The translations under genes and the position numbers were made by a program. The notes beneath the pieces were generated by a model. That model ran no database searches and was not told the origin of the DNA. It worked only from the letters and a program-made list of their open reading frames with translations. 64,000 bases of DNA from Burkholderiales bacterium (GTDB taxonomy: Bacteria > Pseudomonadota > Gammaproteobacteria > Burkholderiales > SG8-39), in contig JADGRQ010000019.1 of NCBI GenBank assembly GCA_017880775.1, positions 3,133 through 67,132 of the forward strand, written 5' to 3'. Shown one piece after another: positions 8,151 to 17,322 of the stretch (positions within the stretch are counted from its first letter, which is position 1; every line of letters begins with the position of its first letter).

Positions 8151-9119
8151 ATGCGCACCCGCGTCCTCATCACCGACCCCATCGATCCATCCGGCACGAC
8201 GCTGCTCTCCGCGCACGCCGAACTCATCACCGCACCCGACGCCGCGCCGGACACGATCCGCCGTCTCGCGTGCGACGCCGACGCGATCATCATCCGCAGC
8301 CGCCTGCCCGACGACATCTTCGACGCTGCGCCGCGCGTACGCGCAGTCATCATCCACGGCACCGGCACCGACCTGGTGCCGCTCGAATCGGCAACGAAGC
8401 ACGCGGTAATGGTAGCCAACCTCCCCGGCGGCAACGCCCAATCGGTCGCCGAGTACTGCGTGATGGCGATGCTGCTGCTCGCCCGCAACCAACCCGCGAT
8501 CATCAACGCGCTGCGCACCGGCACCTGGGACGACGCGCGCGCGCTCGGCGCGCACGCTCACGAGATCGCGGAGATGACGCTCGGGCTGGTCGGCGTGGGA
8601 GAGATCGGCAAGCGCGTGGCGAAGGTGTGCAGGAAGGGTTTCGGCATGCGCGTGCTGGGCACCCAGCGGCGGCTCGACCAGCTGCCGCCGGATGCGGAGC
8701 CGGTGACGCTGGACGCGCTGCTCACGGAGTCGGATTTCGTGGTGGTGACCTGCCCGCTGACGCCGGAGACGAACCACATGTTCAACCGGCACCGTTTCGC
8801 GCAGATGAAGCGCACTGCTTGGCTGATCAATGTAGGCCGCGGCCCGGTGGTCGAGGAGGACGCGCTGATCGACGCGCTGCTCGAGAACCGCATCGCCGGC
8901 GCGATGCTGGACGTGTACGAGTACTATCGCATCGATCCCGGGCATCCGCTGTTCGGACTGGAGAACGTGATCCTCACACCGCACAGCGCCGGTGTGACGC
9001 GCGAGTCACGCGTGCGCATGGGCGTGCTGGCCGCACAGGAGACGCTGCGCATGCTCTCGGGGGAGAAGCCGAAGAATTTCGTCAATCCGGAAGTGTGGGA
9101 CGCGGCGCTCGCCAGATGA
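8151..9119 (+). CDS. D-isomer-specific 2-hydroxyacid dehydrogenase (SerA-like)
   Basis: GLVGVGEIG, LINVGRGPVV, GAMLDVYE and ILTPHSAG motifs. Confidence 0.9.
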   Translation: MRTRVLITDPIDPSGTTLLSAHAELITAPDAAPDTIRRLACDADAIIIRSRLPDDIFDAAPRVRAVIIHGTGTDLVPLESATKHAVMVANLPGGNAQSVAEYCVMAMLLLARNQPAIINALRTGTWDDARALGAHAHEIAEMTLGLVGVGEIGKRVAKVCRKGFGMRVLGTQRRLDQLPPDAEPVTLDALLTESDFVVVTCPLTPETNHMFNRHRFAQMKRTAWLINVGRGPVVEEDALIDALLENRIAGAMLDVYEYYRIDPGHPLFGLENVILTPHSAGVTRESRVRMGVLAAQETLRMLSGEKPKNFVNPEVWDAALAR

Positions 9120-9217
9120 GACTTCTCATCGCTGCAATTGCCGCGATTGCGGCGCTCGCCCTGCCCGCCCAAGCGCGGACCTGGCCCGCCAAGCCGATCC
9201 GCATGGTCATCCCCTAC
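9116..9217 (+). pseudogene. Truncated Bug/TctC solute receptor (signal peptide and first strand only)
   Basis: MRLLIAAIAAIAALALPAQARTWPAKPIRMVIPY matches the starts of the intact Bug genes in this window, then homology stops. ATGA-coupled to the upstream gene. Confidence 0.65.
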
Positions 9218-9252
9218 ATAATGTGCGCCTTCAATTTCCTGGAGCCCCTGGA

Positions 9253-10056
9253 ATGCCCGCTGCCGCTTTGATCCGCCGCACCCGCTTCGCCTTCCTCCTC
9301 GCCGCCTTCGGCGCCGCTTTAGCCGCGCCCGCCTTCGCGCAGGCGCAGAAGGAGGCTTCTACTTACGAACCCTCGTCGGGCCAGCCAGGTAAAGACGTCG
9401 TCTGGGTGCCGACCCCGCAGGTCGTGGTCGACAAGATGCTGGACATGGCCAAGCTGGGGTCGCGCGACTTCGTCATGGACCTCGGCTCCGGCGACGGCCG
9501 CACCGTCATCACCGCCGCGAAGCGCGGTGCCCGCGCCCTTGGCGTCGAGTACAACCCCGACATGGTCGAGCTTTCCAGGCGCAACGCCGAGAAGGAAGGC
9601 GTTTCCGGCAAGGCGGCCTTCATCAAGGCCGACCTCTTCGAGACCGACTTTTCCAGGGCCAGTGTGATCACCATGTTCCTGCTGCCGGAAATCAACCTGA
9701 AGCTGCGTCCGAAGCTCCTCGCCCTGAAGCCCGGCACCCGCATCGCCTCGAACACCTTCACCATGGGCGACTGGGAGGCGGACGAGTCCGTGACCCTGAC
9801 GCCGGAGGTCGGCTGCAACACCTACTGGTGTACCGCGCTCCTGTGGATCGTCCCCGCCCGCGTCGCTGGCACCCACACGCTCCCGCAGGGCGAGCTGACC
9901 CTCAAGCAGCAGTACCAGATGCTTTCGGGCACCCTGCGCACCGAAGGCAAGACCTTCGTCCTCGAGGGAAAAGTGCGGGGCGAGGAGATCAGCTTCACTG
10001 CCGGCGGCCGCACGTACCGCGGCAGGATGAACGGAAAGACATTGGAGCTGCGCTGA
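9253..10056 (+). CDS. Class I SAM-dependent methyltransferase with N-terminal signal peptide (paralog 1)
   Basis: WVPTP...MDLGSGDGRTVITAAK...GVEYNPD motif I; N-terminus RRTRFAFLLAAFGAALAAPAFA. Confidence 0.85.
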   Translation: MPAAALIRRTRFAFLLAAFGAALAAPAFAQAQKEASTYEPSSGQPGKDVVWVPTPQVVVDKMLDMAKLGSRDFVMDLGSGDGRTVITAAKRGARALGVEYNPDMVELSRRNAEKEGVSGKAAFIKADLFETDFSRASVITMFLLPEINLKLRPKLLALKPGTRIASNTFTMGDWEADESVTLTPEVGCNTYWCTALLWIVPARVAGTHTLPQGELTLKQQYQMLSGTLRTEGKTFVLEGKVRGEEISFTAGGRTYRGRMNGKTLELR

Positions 10057-10071
10057 CTTGGAATGCAGTCT

Positions 10072-11301
10072 TCATGCGGCGACGGCGGCAATGCGGGCCG
10101 CGGCAGCCGCGCGCATCGCATCCATCGCTGCTTCGACCCCGCCGCGCGCGTGCGGCATGCCCGCCTCGACGAGCGCGAGTTCGATCGCGCCAAGCGCGCC
10201 GAGCAGCATGGGCTCATTGAGGTCGCCCATGTGGCCGATGCGGAAGACGCGTCCCTGCAGCGCACCCAGGCCCCGGCCCAGCGCGACGCCATAGCGTTCC
10301 GCGGCGACCGCGCGCACCCGGTCGGCGTCGTGCCCCGGCGGAGTCAGCACCGCGGTCAGCGAATCAGACGCGGCTTCAGCGTCGAGCGCGTAGATCTCCG
10401 GCCCGCCGCCCGGAGACCCGCATTGCGACCATACACGCACGCAGGCGCGCGTTGCCTGCGCGAGGCGCCGGTGCCGCGCGAACACGTTCTCCAGCCCCTC
10501 CTCCTCGATCATGTCCAGGGCGGCCTCCAGGCCGTAGAAGTACGGGATCGGCGCCGTGCCGCAAAAACACACCTGGCGGCCGTCTTCCACTAAGGGGCGC
10601 CAGTCCCAGTAGCGGCGCGGGTTGCGCGCCGTTTGGGAAGCCTCCCAGGCGCGCGCGTTGATCGCGGTGAATGAAAACCCCGGCGGCAGCATGAGGCCCT
10701 TCTGCGAGCCGCCGACCGCGAGGTCCACGCCCCATTCGTCCATGCGGAAGTCGTACGAGGCGAGCGACGAGATCGTGTCCACGAGAAACAGCGCCGGATG
10801 CCGTGCGCGATTCATCGCCGCGCGCACCTCGGCAACCGGGTGGCGCATGCCGGTCGCGGTCTCGTTTTGCACCAGCAGAACGGCCTTGATCGCGCCCGTG
10901 GCATCGGCGGCAAGCCGCTCGGCCACCGCGTTCGGATCGACCGCGCGCCGCTCGGGCGTGGCGACGACCTCGACCTCGAGTCCGTACTGGCGCGCAGTGG
11001 CGGCCCAGTTCTCGGAAAAGTAGCCCGCCTGGCACACCAGCACCTTGTCGCCGGGCGAAAACAGGTTGGCGATGCTCGCGTCCCACGCGCCGTGGCCCGA
11101 CGCGGCGTAGGCGATGACGAACCCCTGGCGCGTTTTCAGCACGCCCTTCAGCCGCTCGAGCGACCGGTCACGCAGGGCGACGAACTCCGGTCCTGTGAAA
11201 TCCACCGCCGGGCGCGCCATCGCCTGCAGCACCCGGCGCGGGATATTGGTGGGTCCCGGATGCATGAAGAACTGCCAGCCGCGTGCAACGCTCATCTTCA
11301 T
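10072..11301 (-). CDS. Class V PLP aminotransferase (serine/alanine-glyoxylate aminotransferase family)
   Basis: PGPTNIP, VQNETATG, LVDTISSL, GGSQKGLMLPPG and FRIGHMG motifs. Confidence 0.9.
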   Translation of the reverse strand: MKMSVARGWQFFMHPGPTNIPRRVLQAMARPAVDFTGPEFVALRDRSLERLKGVLKTRQGFVIAYAASGHGAWDASIANLFSPGDKVLVCQAGYFSENWAATARQYGLEVEVVATPERRAVDPNAVAERLAADATGAIKAVLLVQNETATGMRHPVAEVRAAMNRARHPALFLVDTISSLASYDFRMDEWGVDLAVGGSQKGLMLPPGFSFTAINARAWEASQTARNPRRYWDWRPLVEDGRQVCFCGTAPIPYFYGLEAALDMIEEEGLENVFARHRRLAQATRACVRVWSQCGSPGGGPEIYALDAEAASDSLTAVLTPPGHDADRVRAVAAERYGVALGRGLGALQGRVFRIGHMGDLNEPMLLGALGAIELALVEAGMPHARGGVEAAMDAMRAAAAARIAAVAA

Positions 11302-11331
11302 CTCCCTGGATCGAGTATGTGATGATACCGG

Positions 11332-12120
11332 GTGCTCCGATATTTGATCCGCAGCGCCGGTCTCGCGGTCTTTTTCGCCGCGTTCAGCTCGTTCGTTCTC
11401 GCGCAAACGCAGAACCCGCCTTCGACCTACGAGCCCCACTCATACCAGGCAGGGAAGGACACCGTCTGGATTCCGACTGCGCAAGTCGTCGTCGACAAGA
11501 TGCTCGACCTGGCCAAGGTGACATCGAGCGACATCGTCATGGATCTTGGCTCGGGCGACGGTGTCCTCGTCATCACGGCTGCCAAGCTCGGCGCCCGCGC
11601 CCTAGGCATCGAGTACAACCCGGATTTGGTCGAACTCTCCAGGCGCAACGCCGAGAAGGAAGGCGTCACCGGCAAGGCCACCTTCATCAAGGCCGACATT
11701 TTCGAGACCGGCTTTTCCGACGCCAGCGTGATTGCCATGTTCCTGCCGACGGAAATCAACCTCAAGCTGCGCCCGAAGATCCTGGCACTCAAGCCCGGCA
11801 CCCGCATTGTCTCGAATACCTTCAACATGGGCGAGTGGATAGCGGATGAGACCGCCACCCTATCGTCGGATGCCGGCTGCAACACCTCTTGGTGCACCGC
11901 GCTGCTGTGGATCGTCCCGGCCAGAGTCGCCGGCACCCATCAGATCCCGCTGGGCGAGCTCATACTCAAGCAGAAGTTCCAGACGCTCTCCGGCAGCCTG
12001 CGCACCGAAGGCAAGATGTTCTCCCTCGAAGGCAAAGTGCGCGGCGACGAAATCACCTTCAAAGCCGGTGGCCGCGAGTACCGCGGCAGGATGAACGGCC
12101 AGCAATTGGAATTACGCTGA
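11332..12120 (+). CDS. Class I SAM-dependent methyltransferase with N-terminal signal peptide (paralog 2)
   Basis: Colinear, highly similar paralog of 9253-10056 (MDLGSGDG, EINLKLRPK, WCTALLWIVPARVAGTH). Confidence 0.85.
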   Translation: MLRYLIRSAGLAVFFAAFSSFVLAQTQNPPSTYEPHSYQAGKDTVWIPTAQVVVDKMLDLAKVTSSDIVMDLGSGDGVLVITAAKLGARALGIEYNPDLVELSRRNAEKEGVTGKATFIKADIFETGFSDASVIAMFLPTEINLKLRPKILALKPGTRIVSNTFNMGEWIADETATLSSDAGCNTSWCTALLWIVPARVAGTHQIPLGELILKQKFQTLSGSLRTEGKMFSLEGKVRGDEITFKAGGREYRGRMNGQQLELR

Positions 12121-12127
12121 GGGGCGC

Positions 12128-12619
12128 ATGGCTGAGAGCTTCGACGTACGCCGGGACCACCGCTACGCGCCGACGGGCTGGTTCGAGGATTTCGCGCTCG
12201 GCGAGAAATTCTGGATCCCTTCGCGGACCATGACCGAGGCGCTGTTCGCCGCGTTCCAGCTCGCCTCCGGCGACAACGACCCGATCCACTATGACGTGGA
12301 GTACTGCCGCGCGCGCGGCCATCCGCAGATGCTCGCCCACGGCCTGCAGGTGATGGTGCAGGCGGCGGCTGGCGCCGGGGTGTTCCCGCATATGGTGAGC
12401 GATTCGCTGGTCGCGATGCTCGAAGCGAGCGCGAAGTTCGTCGCGCTGGTGTATTGCGGCGACACCGTGTATCCGATGCTCGAGATCGTCGAACTGAAGC
12501 CGCAACGCACGACTGGCGTGCTGCGCATGCGCGCTACGGTGCACAATCAGAGAAGCGAGCTTGTGCTCGAGGGCGAGCACGGGTATCTGATTAAGAAGCG
12601 GCCCGCTGGCACAATGTGA
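12128..12619 (+). CDS. MaoC-family (R)-specific enoyl-CoA hydratase/dehydratase
   Basis: FEDF...SRTMTE...SGDNDPIHYD...AHGL hot-dog fold motif. Confidence 0.88.
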   Translation: MAESFDVRRDHRYAPTGWFEDFALGEKFWIPSRTMTEALFAAFQLASGDNDPIHYDVEYCRARGHPQMLAHGLQVMVQAAAGAGVFPHMVSDSLVAMLEASAKFVALVYCGDTVYPMLEIVELKPQRTTGVLRMRATVHNQRSELVLEGEHGYLIKKRPAGTM

Positions 12620-12679
12620 TAGTTTTAAGCAGTCTGATACGCCTTCCGAGCGATACGGTGCCCAACATCAAAAAGCAGT

Positions 12680-12810
12680 ACCCGGCTGACGATCGTGCGT
12701 TTGACGATCTGGATTCGCTGATCGGCGCATGGTCGAGTAAAGAGGCGGCGCAGTTTGCTGCCGCAACCGCGCCGTTCGCGCAGATTGAACCCGGATTGTG
12801 GCGCGTGGAG
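12680..12810 (+). pseudogene. C-terminal remnant of a VapB-like antitoxin, with no toxin gene
   Basis: DDLDSLIGAWSSKEAAQFAAATAPFAQIEPGLWR resembles antitoxin C-termini that usually precede PIN toxins. No DNA-binding N-terminus or PIN gene is seen. Coordinates approximate. Confidence 0.4.
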
Positions 12811-12845
12811 CCGGCGGTCAAGCGAACGCGAGCGAAATGATTTGT

Positions 12846-12915
12846 GTCGTTCCCGCGGAGGCGGGAATCCATGTTTTCCAAAAGCTTGCTGGGTCCTCGC
12901 CTTCGCGGGGACGAC
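12846..12915. repeat. REP-like inverted pair of palindromic units
   Basis: gtcgttcccgcggaggcgggaatcca ... ctgggtcctcgccttcgcggggacgac: two internally palindromic units in inverted orientation. Confidence 0.7.
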
Positions 12916-12934
12916 GAATCGTGGAGTGCGCACC

Positions 12935-14086
12935 GTGACTGCAGACCTCAAGATCGTTGACATCAAAGCCTTCCCGACCTCCTTCCCGCTGCCGCCCGAA
13001 AAGCGCGTCTCGCTCGGCATCGGCACGGCGGTCAAGCGCGACGCGGTGGTCGTCAAGGTGAGCACCGCCGGAGGCCTCGTGGGATGGGGCGAAGCGCACC
13101 ACGGCCGCGCGCACGTCGCGGTGGCGAAACTGATCGAGACCACGCTTAAGTCATTGGTGCTCGGCATGGACGCGGCCGACGTGGTCGGCGTGTGGGCGAA
13201 AATCTACAAGATGCAACTCGGCAGCCACGGCATGGGCGCCGCCACCTGCCTTGCGATGAGCGGGATCGACCTCGCCCTATGGGACATCCGCGGCCAGGCC
13301 GCGGGCATGCCGATCTACAGGCTCCTCGGCGGTGCGCGCAAAGGCGTGCCGGCCTACGCCGGCGGCGTCTCGCTCGGCTACCAGGAACCTGCAAAGCTGG
13401 TCGAAGAAGCGCGGGGGCTGCTCGATCGCGGTTACAAGGCGATCAAGCTGCGCGTCGGCGACACGCCGAAGCTCGATCTGGCGCGGATCGAGGCCGTGCG
13501 CAAGGCCTACGGTGATGACTTGGTGATCCTCACCGACGCCAACACCGGTTACAGCGTGGCCGACGCGCGCGCAGCGATGCCCGGCATGGACGATCTGAAC
13601 GTCGGCTGGCTCGAGGAGCCGTTCCCTGCGCACGATTACCGCAGCTACCGCTTGGCCGCGGGTTTCGGGCGCACGCCGCTCGCAGCCGGCGAGAACCATT
13701 ACACCCGCTACCAATTCAACCGCGTGATCGAGGACGGTTCGATCTCCATCCTGCAGCCGGACCTGTCCAAGACCGGCGGCATCACGGAAGGCTTGCGCAT
13801 CGCGGCGATGGCCTCCGCCTACAAGCTGCCGATCCATCCGCACACCTCGATGACCGGGCTGAACCAGGCCGCATGTGTCCACTTCCTTGCCGCGATCGAC
13901 AACGGCGGCTATTACGAGGCCGACGTTTCGCAGCTGAACAGCTTCCGCGACGAGCTGGTCGCGGATCCCTGCCCGGTCGACAAGGACGGCAAGGTCTGGC
14001 CGCTCGACAAGCCCGGCCTCGGGCTGGAGGTGGACGAGGATTTCTTGCGCAAGCACCCGGCGATCGAGGGGCCGGGCTACGTTTAG
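12935..14086 (+). CDS. Mandelate racemase/muconate lactonizing enzyme family (enolase superfamily) protein
   Basis: GLVGWGE, SGIDLALWDI, KAIKLRVG, TDAN, WLEEP, AGEN and QPDLSKTGGITE motifs. GTG start after ggag. Confidence 0.9.
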   Translation: MTADLKIVDIKAFPTSFPLPPEKRVSLGIGTAVKRDAVVVKVSTAGGLVGWGEAHHGRAHVAVAKLIETTLKSLVLGMDAADVVGVWAKIYKMQLGSHGMGAATCLAMSGIDLALWDIRGQAAGMPIYRLLGGARKGVPAYAGGVSLGYQEPAKLVEEARGLLDRGYKAIKLRVGDTPKLDLARIEAVRKAYGDDLVILTDANTGYSVADARAAMPGMDDLNVGWLEEPFPAHDYRSYRLAAGFGRTPLAAGENHYTRYQFNRVIEDGSISILQPDLSKTGGITEGLRIAAMASAYKLPIHPHTSMTGLNQAACVHFLAAIDNGGYYEADVSQLNSFRDELVADPCPVDKDGKVWPLDKPGLGLEVDEDFLRKHPAIEGPGYV

Positions 14087-14111
14087 AATGACAAGAACCA
14101 AAGGAGGACTT

Positions 14112-15080
14112 ATGAAAATCAGGATTGCGCGTTCGGTGCTCGCCATCGCGCTGCTCGCGCCTGCATTTGCGTTGGCGCAGGCCTACCCTTCCAAGCCGAT
14201 CAAGTGGATCGTGCCGTACACGCCGGGCGGGATCACCGACAACGTGACGCGCATCGTCACGCAGAAGATCCAAGAGGCGGTCGGGCAGCCGATCATCATC
14301 GAGAATAAGCCGGGCGCCAACTCGATCATCGGCGCCGACCTCGGGGCGAAGGCCGCGCCCGACGGCTATACGTTCACGACGGTGATCGCGGCGCACGCCG
14401 CGAACGCGACGCTGTACGCGGGCAAGCTCCCGTTCGATTCGGTGAAGAGCTTCGCGCCGGTGTCGCTCGCGGCCATTGCGCCGCTGATCCTGACCGCCAA
14501 CAACAACTTTCCGCCGAACAACGTGAAGGAGCTGATCGCCTATGCCAAGGCGAATCCGGGCAAGATCTCGTTCGGCTCCTCCGGCATCGGCGCCGCCGCG
14601 CATCTCACCACCGAGCTGCTCAAGCAGACCGCCGGCATCGACATGGTCCACATCCCGTACAAGGGGACGGCGCCCGCGCTGCAGGGATTGATGGGTGGCG
14701 ACATCCAGATCCTGGTGGACGTTCCGAGCACGCTGATGCCGCAGGTGCGCGGCGGGAAGATCAAGGCGCTCGCGATGTTCTCCGGCAAGCGCATCGCCGG
14801 CGCGCCGGAAGTGCCGACCGTCGCGGAAGCCGGCGGCCCGCCGCTCGAATCTTCGACGTGGGTCATGTTCCTCGCCCCCGCCGGCACGCCGCGCGACATC
14901 GTCAACCGCATTTCCGCGGAGACGGCGAAAGCCGTGCAGTCGGCGGATATCAAGAGCCGATTCGAGCAGATCGGCATCGAACCGGTCGGCAATTCGCCCG
15001 AGCAGGCGGGCAAGTTCCTCAATGACGAGATCGTGAAGTGGGCCAAGGTGATCACCACTGCGGGCGTCAAGGCGGAGTGA
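14112..15080 (+). CDS. Bug/TctC tripartite tricarboxylate transporter substrate-binding protein
   Basis: YPSKPIKWIVPYTPGG, ENKPGA, HIPYKGT; RBS aaggagg. Confidence 0.93.
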   Translation: MKIRIARSVLAIALLAPAFALAQAYPSKPIKWIVPYTPGGITDNVTRIVTQKIQEAVGQPIIIENKPGANSIIGADLGAKAAPDGYTFTTVIAAHAANATLYAGKLPFDSVKSFAPVSLAAIAPLILTANNNFPPNNVKELIAYAKANPGKISFGSSGIGAAAHLTTELLKQTAGIDMVHIPYKGTAPALQGLMGGDIQILVDVPSTLMPQVRGGKIKALAMFSGKRIAGAPEVPTVAEAGGPPLESSTWVMFLAPAGTPRDIVNRISAETAKAVQSADIKSRFEQIGIEPVGNSPEQAGKFLNDEIVKWAKVITTAGVKAE

Positions 15081-15081
15081 C

Positions 15082-15870
15082 ATGTCCAGGCCGCACAAAC
15101 CGATCCGCAGCGAAATGGGCTGGTCCACGCCGGACCGGATCGTGGTGCGCGGCAAGGACCTGCCGGGAGAGATCCTCGGCAATTTCAACCTCGGCGACAT
15201 GGCCTTCCTGGAACTGACCGGCCGCGCACCGGACGCGAACGAGTCCAGGCTGTTCAATGCGATGGTCGTGACACTGGTCGAACACGGCATCACGCCCTCC
15301 GCGCTGGCGGCGCGGCTCACCTACCTGGGTGCGCCGGAAGCCATGCAGGCCGCCGTGGCCGCCGGACTGTGCGGCCTTGGCAGCGTATTCGTCGGCTCGA
15401 CCGAAGGCTGCGCGAAGATGCTCACGGAAGCTTTGCCCGACCCGAAAGAAAAAACGGACCTGCCCGCCCTCGCCCGGCGCATCGTGCAGGACTACCGCTC
15501 TCGCAAGCAAATCGTGCCGGGCCTCGGCCACCCGATCCACAAGCCGGTGGATCCGCGCGTGCCTCGCCTGTTCGCCATCGCGAAGGACACCGGCTTCTAC
15601 GGCAACTACGCAGAACTCGTCCAGCAGGTCCAACAGGAAGCCGAGCGCGCCTCCGGCAAGCGATTGCCGCTCAACGCCACCGGCGCAATCGGCGCACTGT
15701 GCTGCGAGATGGGCTTCGACTGGCGTGTCTGCCGCGGCCTCGGCGTGATGGCGCGCGCGGTGGGACTGGTCGGCCACCTGCTCGAGGAGGCGCGCACGCC
15801 GATCGCGCAGGAAGTCTGGTACCGCGTCGAAGACGAAGCATCGGAACACCTCCGCCCGGACGAGCCATGA
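15082..15870 (+). CDS. Citryl-CoA lyase-like (citrate synthase family) protein
   Basis: LVEHGITPS, PGLGHPIHKPVDPR, LNATGAIG and ARAVGLVGH motifs. Confidence 0.85.
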   Translation: MSRPHKPIRSEMGWSTPDRIVVRGKDLPGEILGNFNLGDMAFLELTGRAPDANESRLFNAMVVTLVEHGITPSALAARLTYLGAPEAMQAAVAAGLCGLGSVFVGSTEGCAKMLTEALPDPKEKTDLPALARRIVQDYRSRKQIVPGLGHPIHKPVDPRVPRLFAIAKDTGFYGNYAELVQQVQQEAERASGKRLPLNATGAIGALCCEMGFDWRVCRGLGVMARAVGLVGHLLEEARTPIAQEVWYRVEDEASEHLRPDEP

Positions 15871-17024
15871 AAACCGCAGACGACTACCCCGAAATCCGAG
15901 AAGCCGTCAGCGCGCTGTGCAAGACCTTCGACAGCGCGTACTGGCAGAAGGTGGACGAGGACCGCGCTTATCCCGAAGCCTTCGTGGATGCACTCACCAA
16001 GGCCGGCTGGATGGCGGCGCTGATTCCCGACGAGTACGGCGGCTCGGGCCTGTCGCTCACCGAAGCCTCGGTCATCATGGAGGAAATCACCCGCTCGGGC
16101 GGCAACGCGGGCTGCTGCCACGGGCAGATGTACAACATGAACACGCTGCTGCGCCATGGTTCGGCCGCGCAGAAGAAGAAGTACCTGCCGAAGATCGCGA
16201 CCGGCGAACTGCGCCTGCAGTCCATGGGCGTCACCGAACCGACCGCGGGCACCGACACCACCGCCATCAAGACCACCGCGGTGAAGAAAGGCGACCGCTA
16301 CGTGGTGAACGGCCAGAAGGTGTGGACTTCGCGCCTGCAGCATTCGGAGCTGATGATCCTGCTCGCGCGCACCACGCCGCTCGCCGAGGTGAAGAAGAAA
16401 TCCGACGGCATGTCGATCTTCATCGTCGACAAGCGCGCGAGCCTGGGCAAGGGCCTGGAGATGCGCCCGATCCGCAACATGGTGAACCACGAAACCAACG
16501 AAGTGTTCCTCGACAACCTCGAGATCCCGGCGGAAAACCTGATCGGCGAGGAAGGCAAGGGCTTCAAGTACATTCTCGACGGCCTGAACGCCGAGCGCAT
16601 CCTGATCGCCGCGGAGTGCATCGGCGACGGCTACTGGTTCGTCGAGCACGCCGCGAACTATGCCAGGGAGCGTGTCGTGTTCGGGCGGCCGATCGGCCAG
16701 AACCAGGGCATCCAGTTCCCGATCGCGGAAAGCTACATGGAAATCGAGGCGGCGAACCTGATGCGCTACAAGGCAGCCGGACTATTCGACCAGAAGCAGC
16801 CCTGCGGCGCGGAAGCCAACATGGCCAAGCACCTCGCGGCCAAGGCCTCGTGGGAGGCCGGCAACGTCTGCCTGCAGACCTACGGCGGTTTCGGCTTCGC
16901 GGCGGAGTACGACGTGGAGAGGAAATTCCGCGAGACGCGCTTGTACCTGGTGGCACCGATCTCGACCAACCTTATCCTGTCCTACTTGGCCGAGCATGTG
17001 CTCGGGCTGCCGCGCTCTTTCTGA
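15867..17024 (+). CDS. Acyl-CoA dehydrogenase
   Basis: GVTEPTAGTD, VNGQKVWTS, RVVFGRPIGQNQGIQF and YGGFGF motifs. ATGA-coupled start. Confidence 0.93.
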   Translation: MKTADDYPEIREAVSALCKTFDSAYWQKVDEDRAYPEAFVDALTKAGWMAALIPDEYGGSGLSLTEASVIMEEITRSGGNAGCCHGQMYNMNTLLRHGSAAQKKKYLPKIATGELRLQSMGVTEPTAGTDTTAIKTTAVKKGDRYVVNGQKVWTSRLQHSELMILLARTTPLAEVKKKSDGMSIFIVDKRASLGKGLEMRPIRNMVNHETNEVFLDNLEIPAENLIGEEGKGFKYILDGLNAERILIAAECIGDGYWFVEHAANYARERVVFGRPIGQNQGIQFPIAESYMEIEAANLMRYKAAGLFDQKQPCGAEANMAKHLAAKASWEAGNVCLQTYGGFGFAAEYDVERKFRETRLYLVAPISTNLILSYLAEHVLGLPRSF

Positions 17025-17048
17025 ATCCAGCAAAAAACGGAGATTTGC

Positions 17049-17237
17049 ATGCCACTCATCCATGTCAGCCTGTTCGAAGGCCGCACGATCGAGCAGAAAC
17101 GCGAGTTCGCTGTCGCAGTCACCGCCGACGCGGTGCGCACCCTCAAGTGCACGGCCGAATCCGTCGACGTTATTTTCGAAGACGTGAAGAAGTCCGACTG
17201 GGCGACCGGAGGAAAACTCGCTTCGGATCCGAAGTAA
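17049..17237 (+). CDS. 4-oxalocrotonate tautomerase family protein
   Basis: 62 aa with catalytic Pro1 (MPLIHV..EGRTIEQKR) and WATGG. Confidence 0.9.
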   Translation: MPLIHVSLFEGRTIEQKREFAVAVTADAVRTLKCTAESVDVIFEDVKKSDWATGGKLASDPK

Positions 17238-17322
17238 CGAGATGCAAAGGAAATAGGCGAATGTACTTGGTTGGGGGCAATTTATGGGTGTTTTTCCACA
17301 CACCATAGGCATTTTTACAGCG

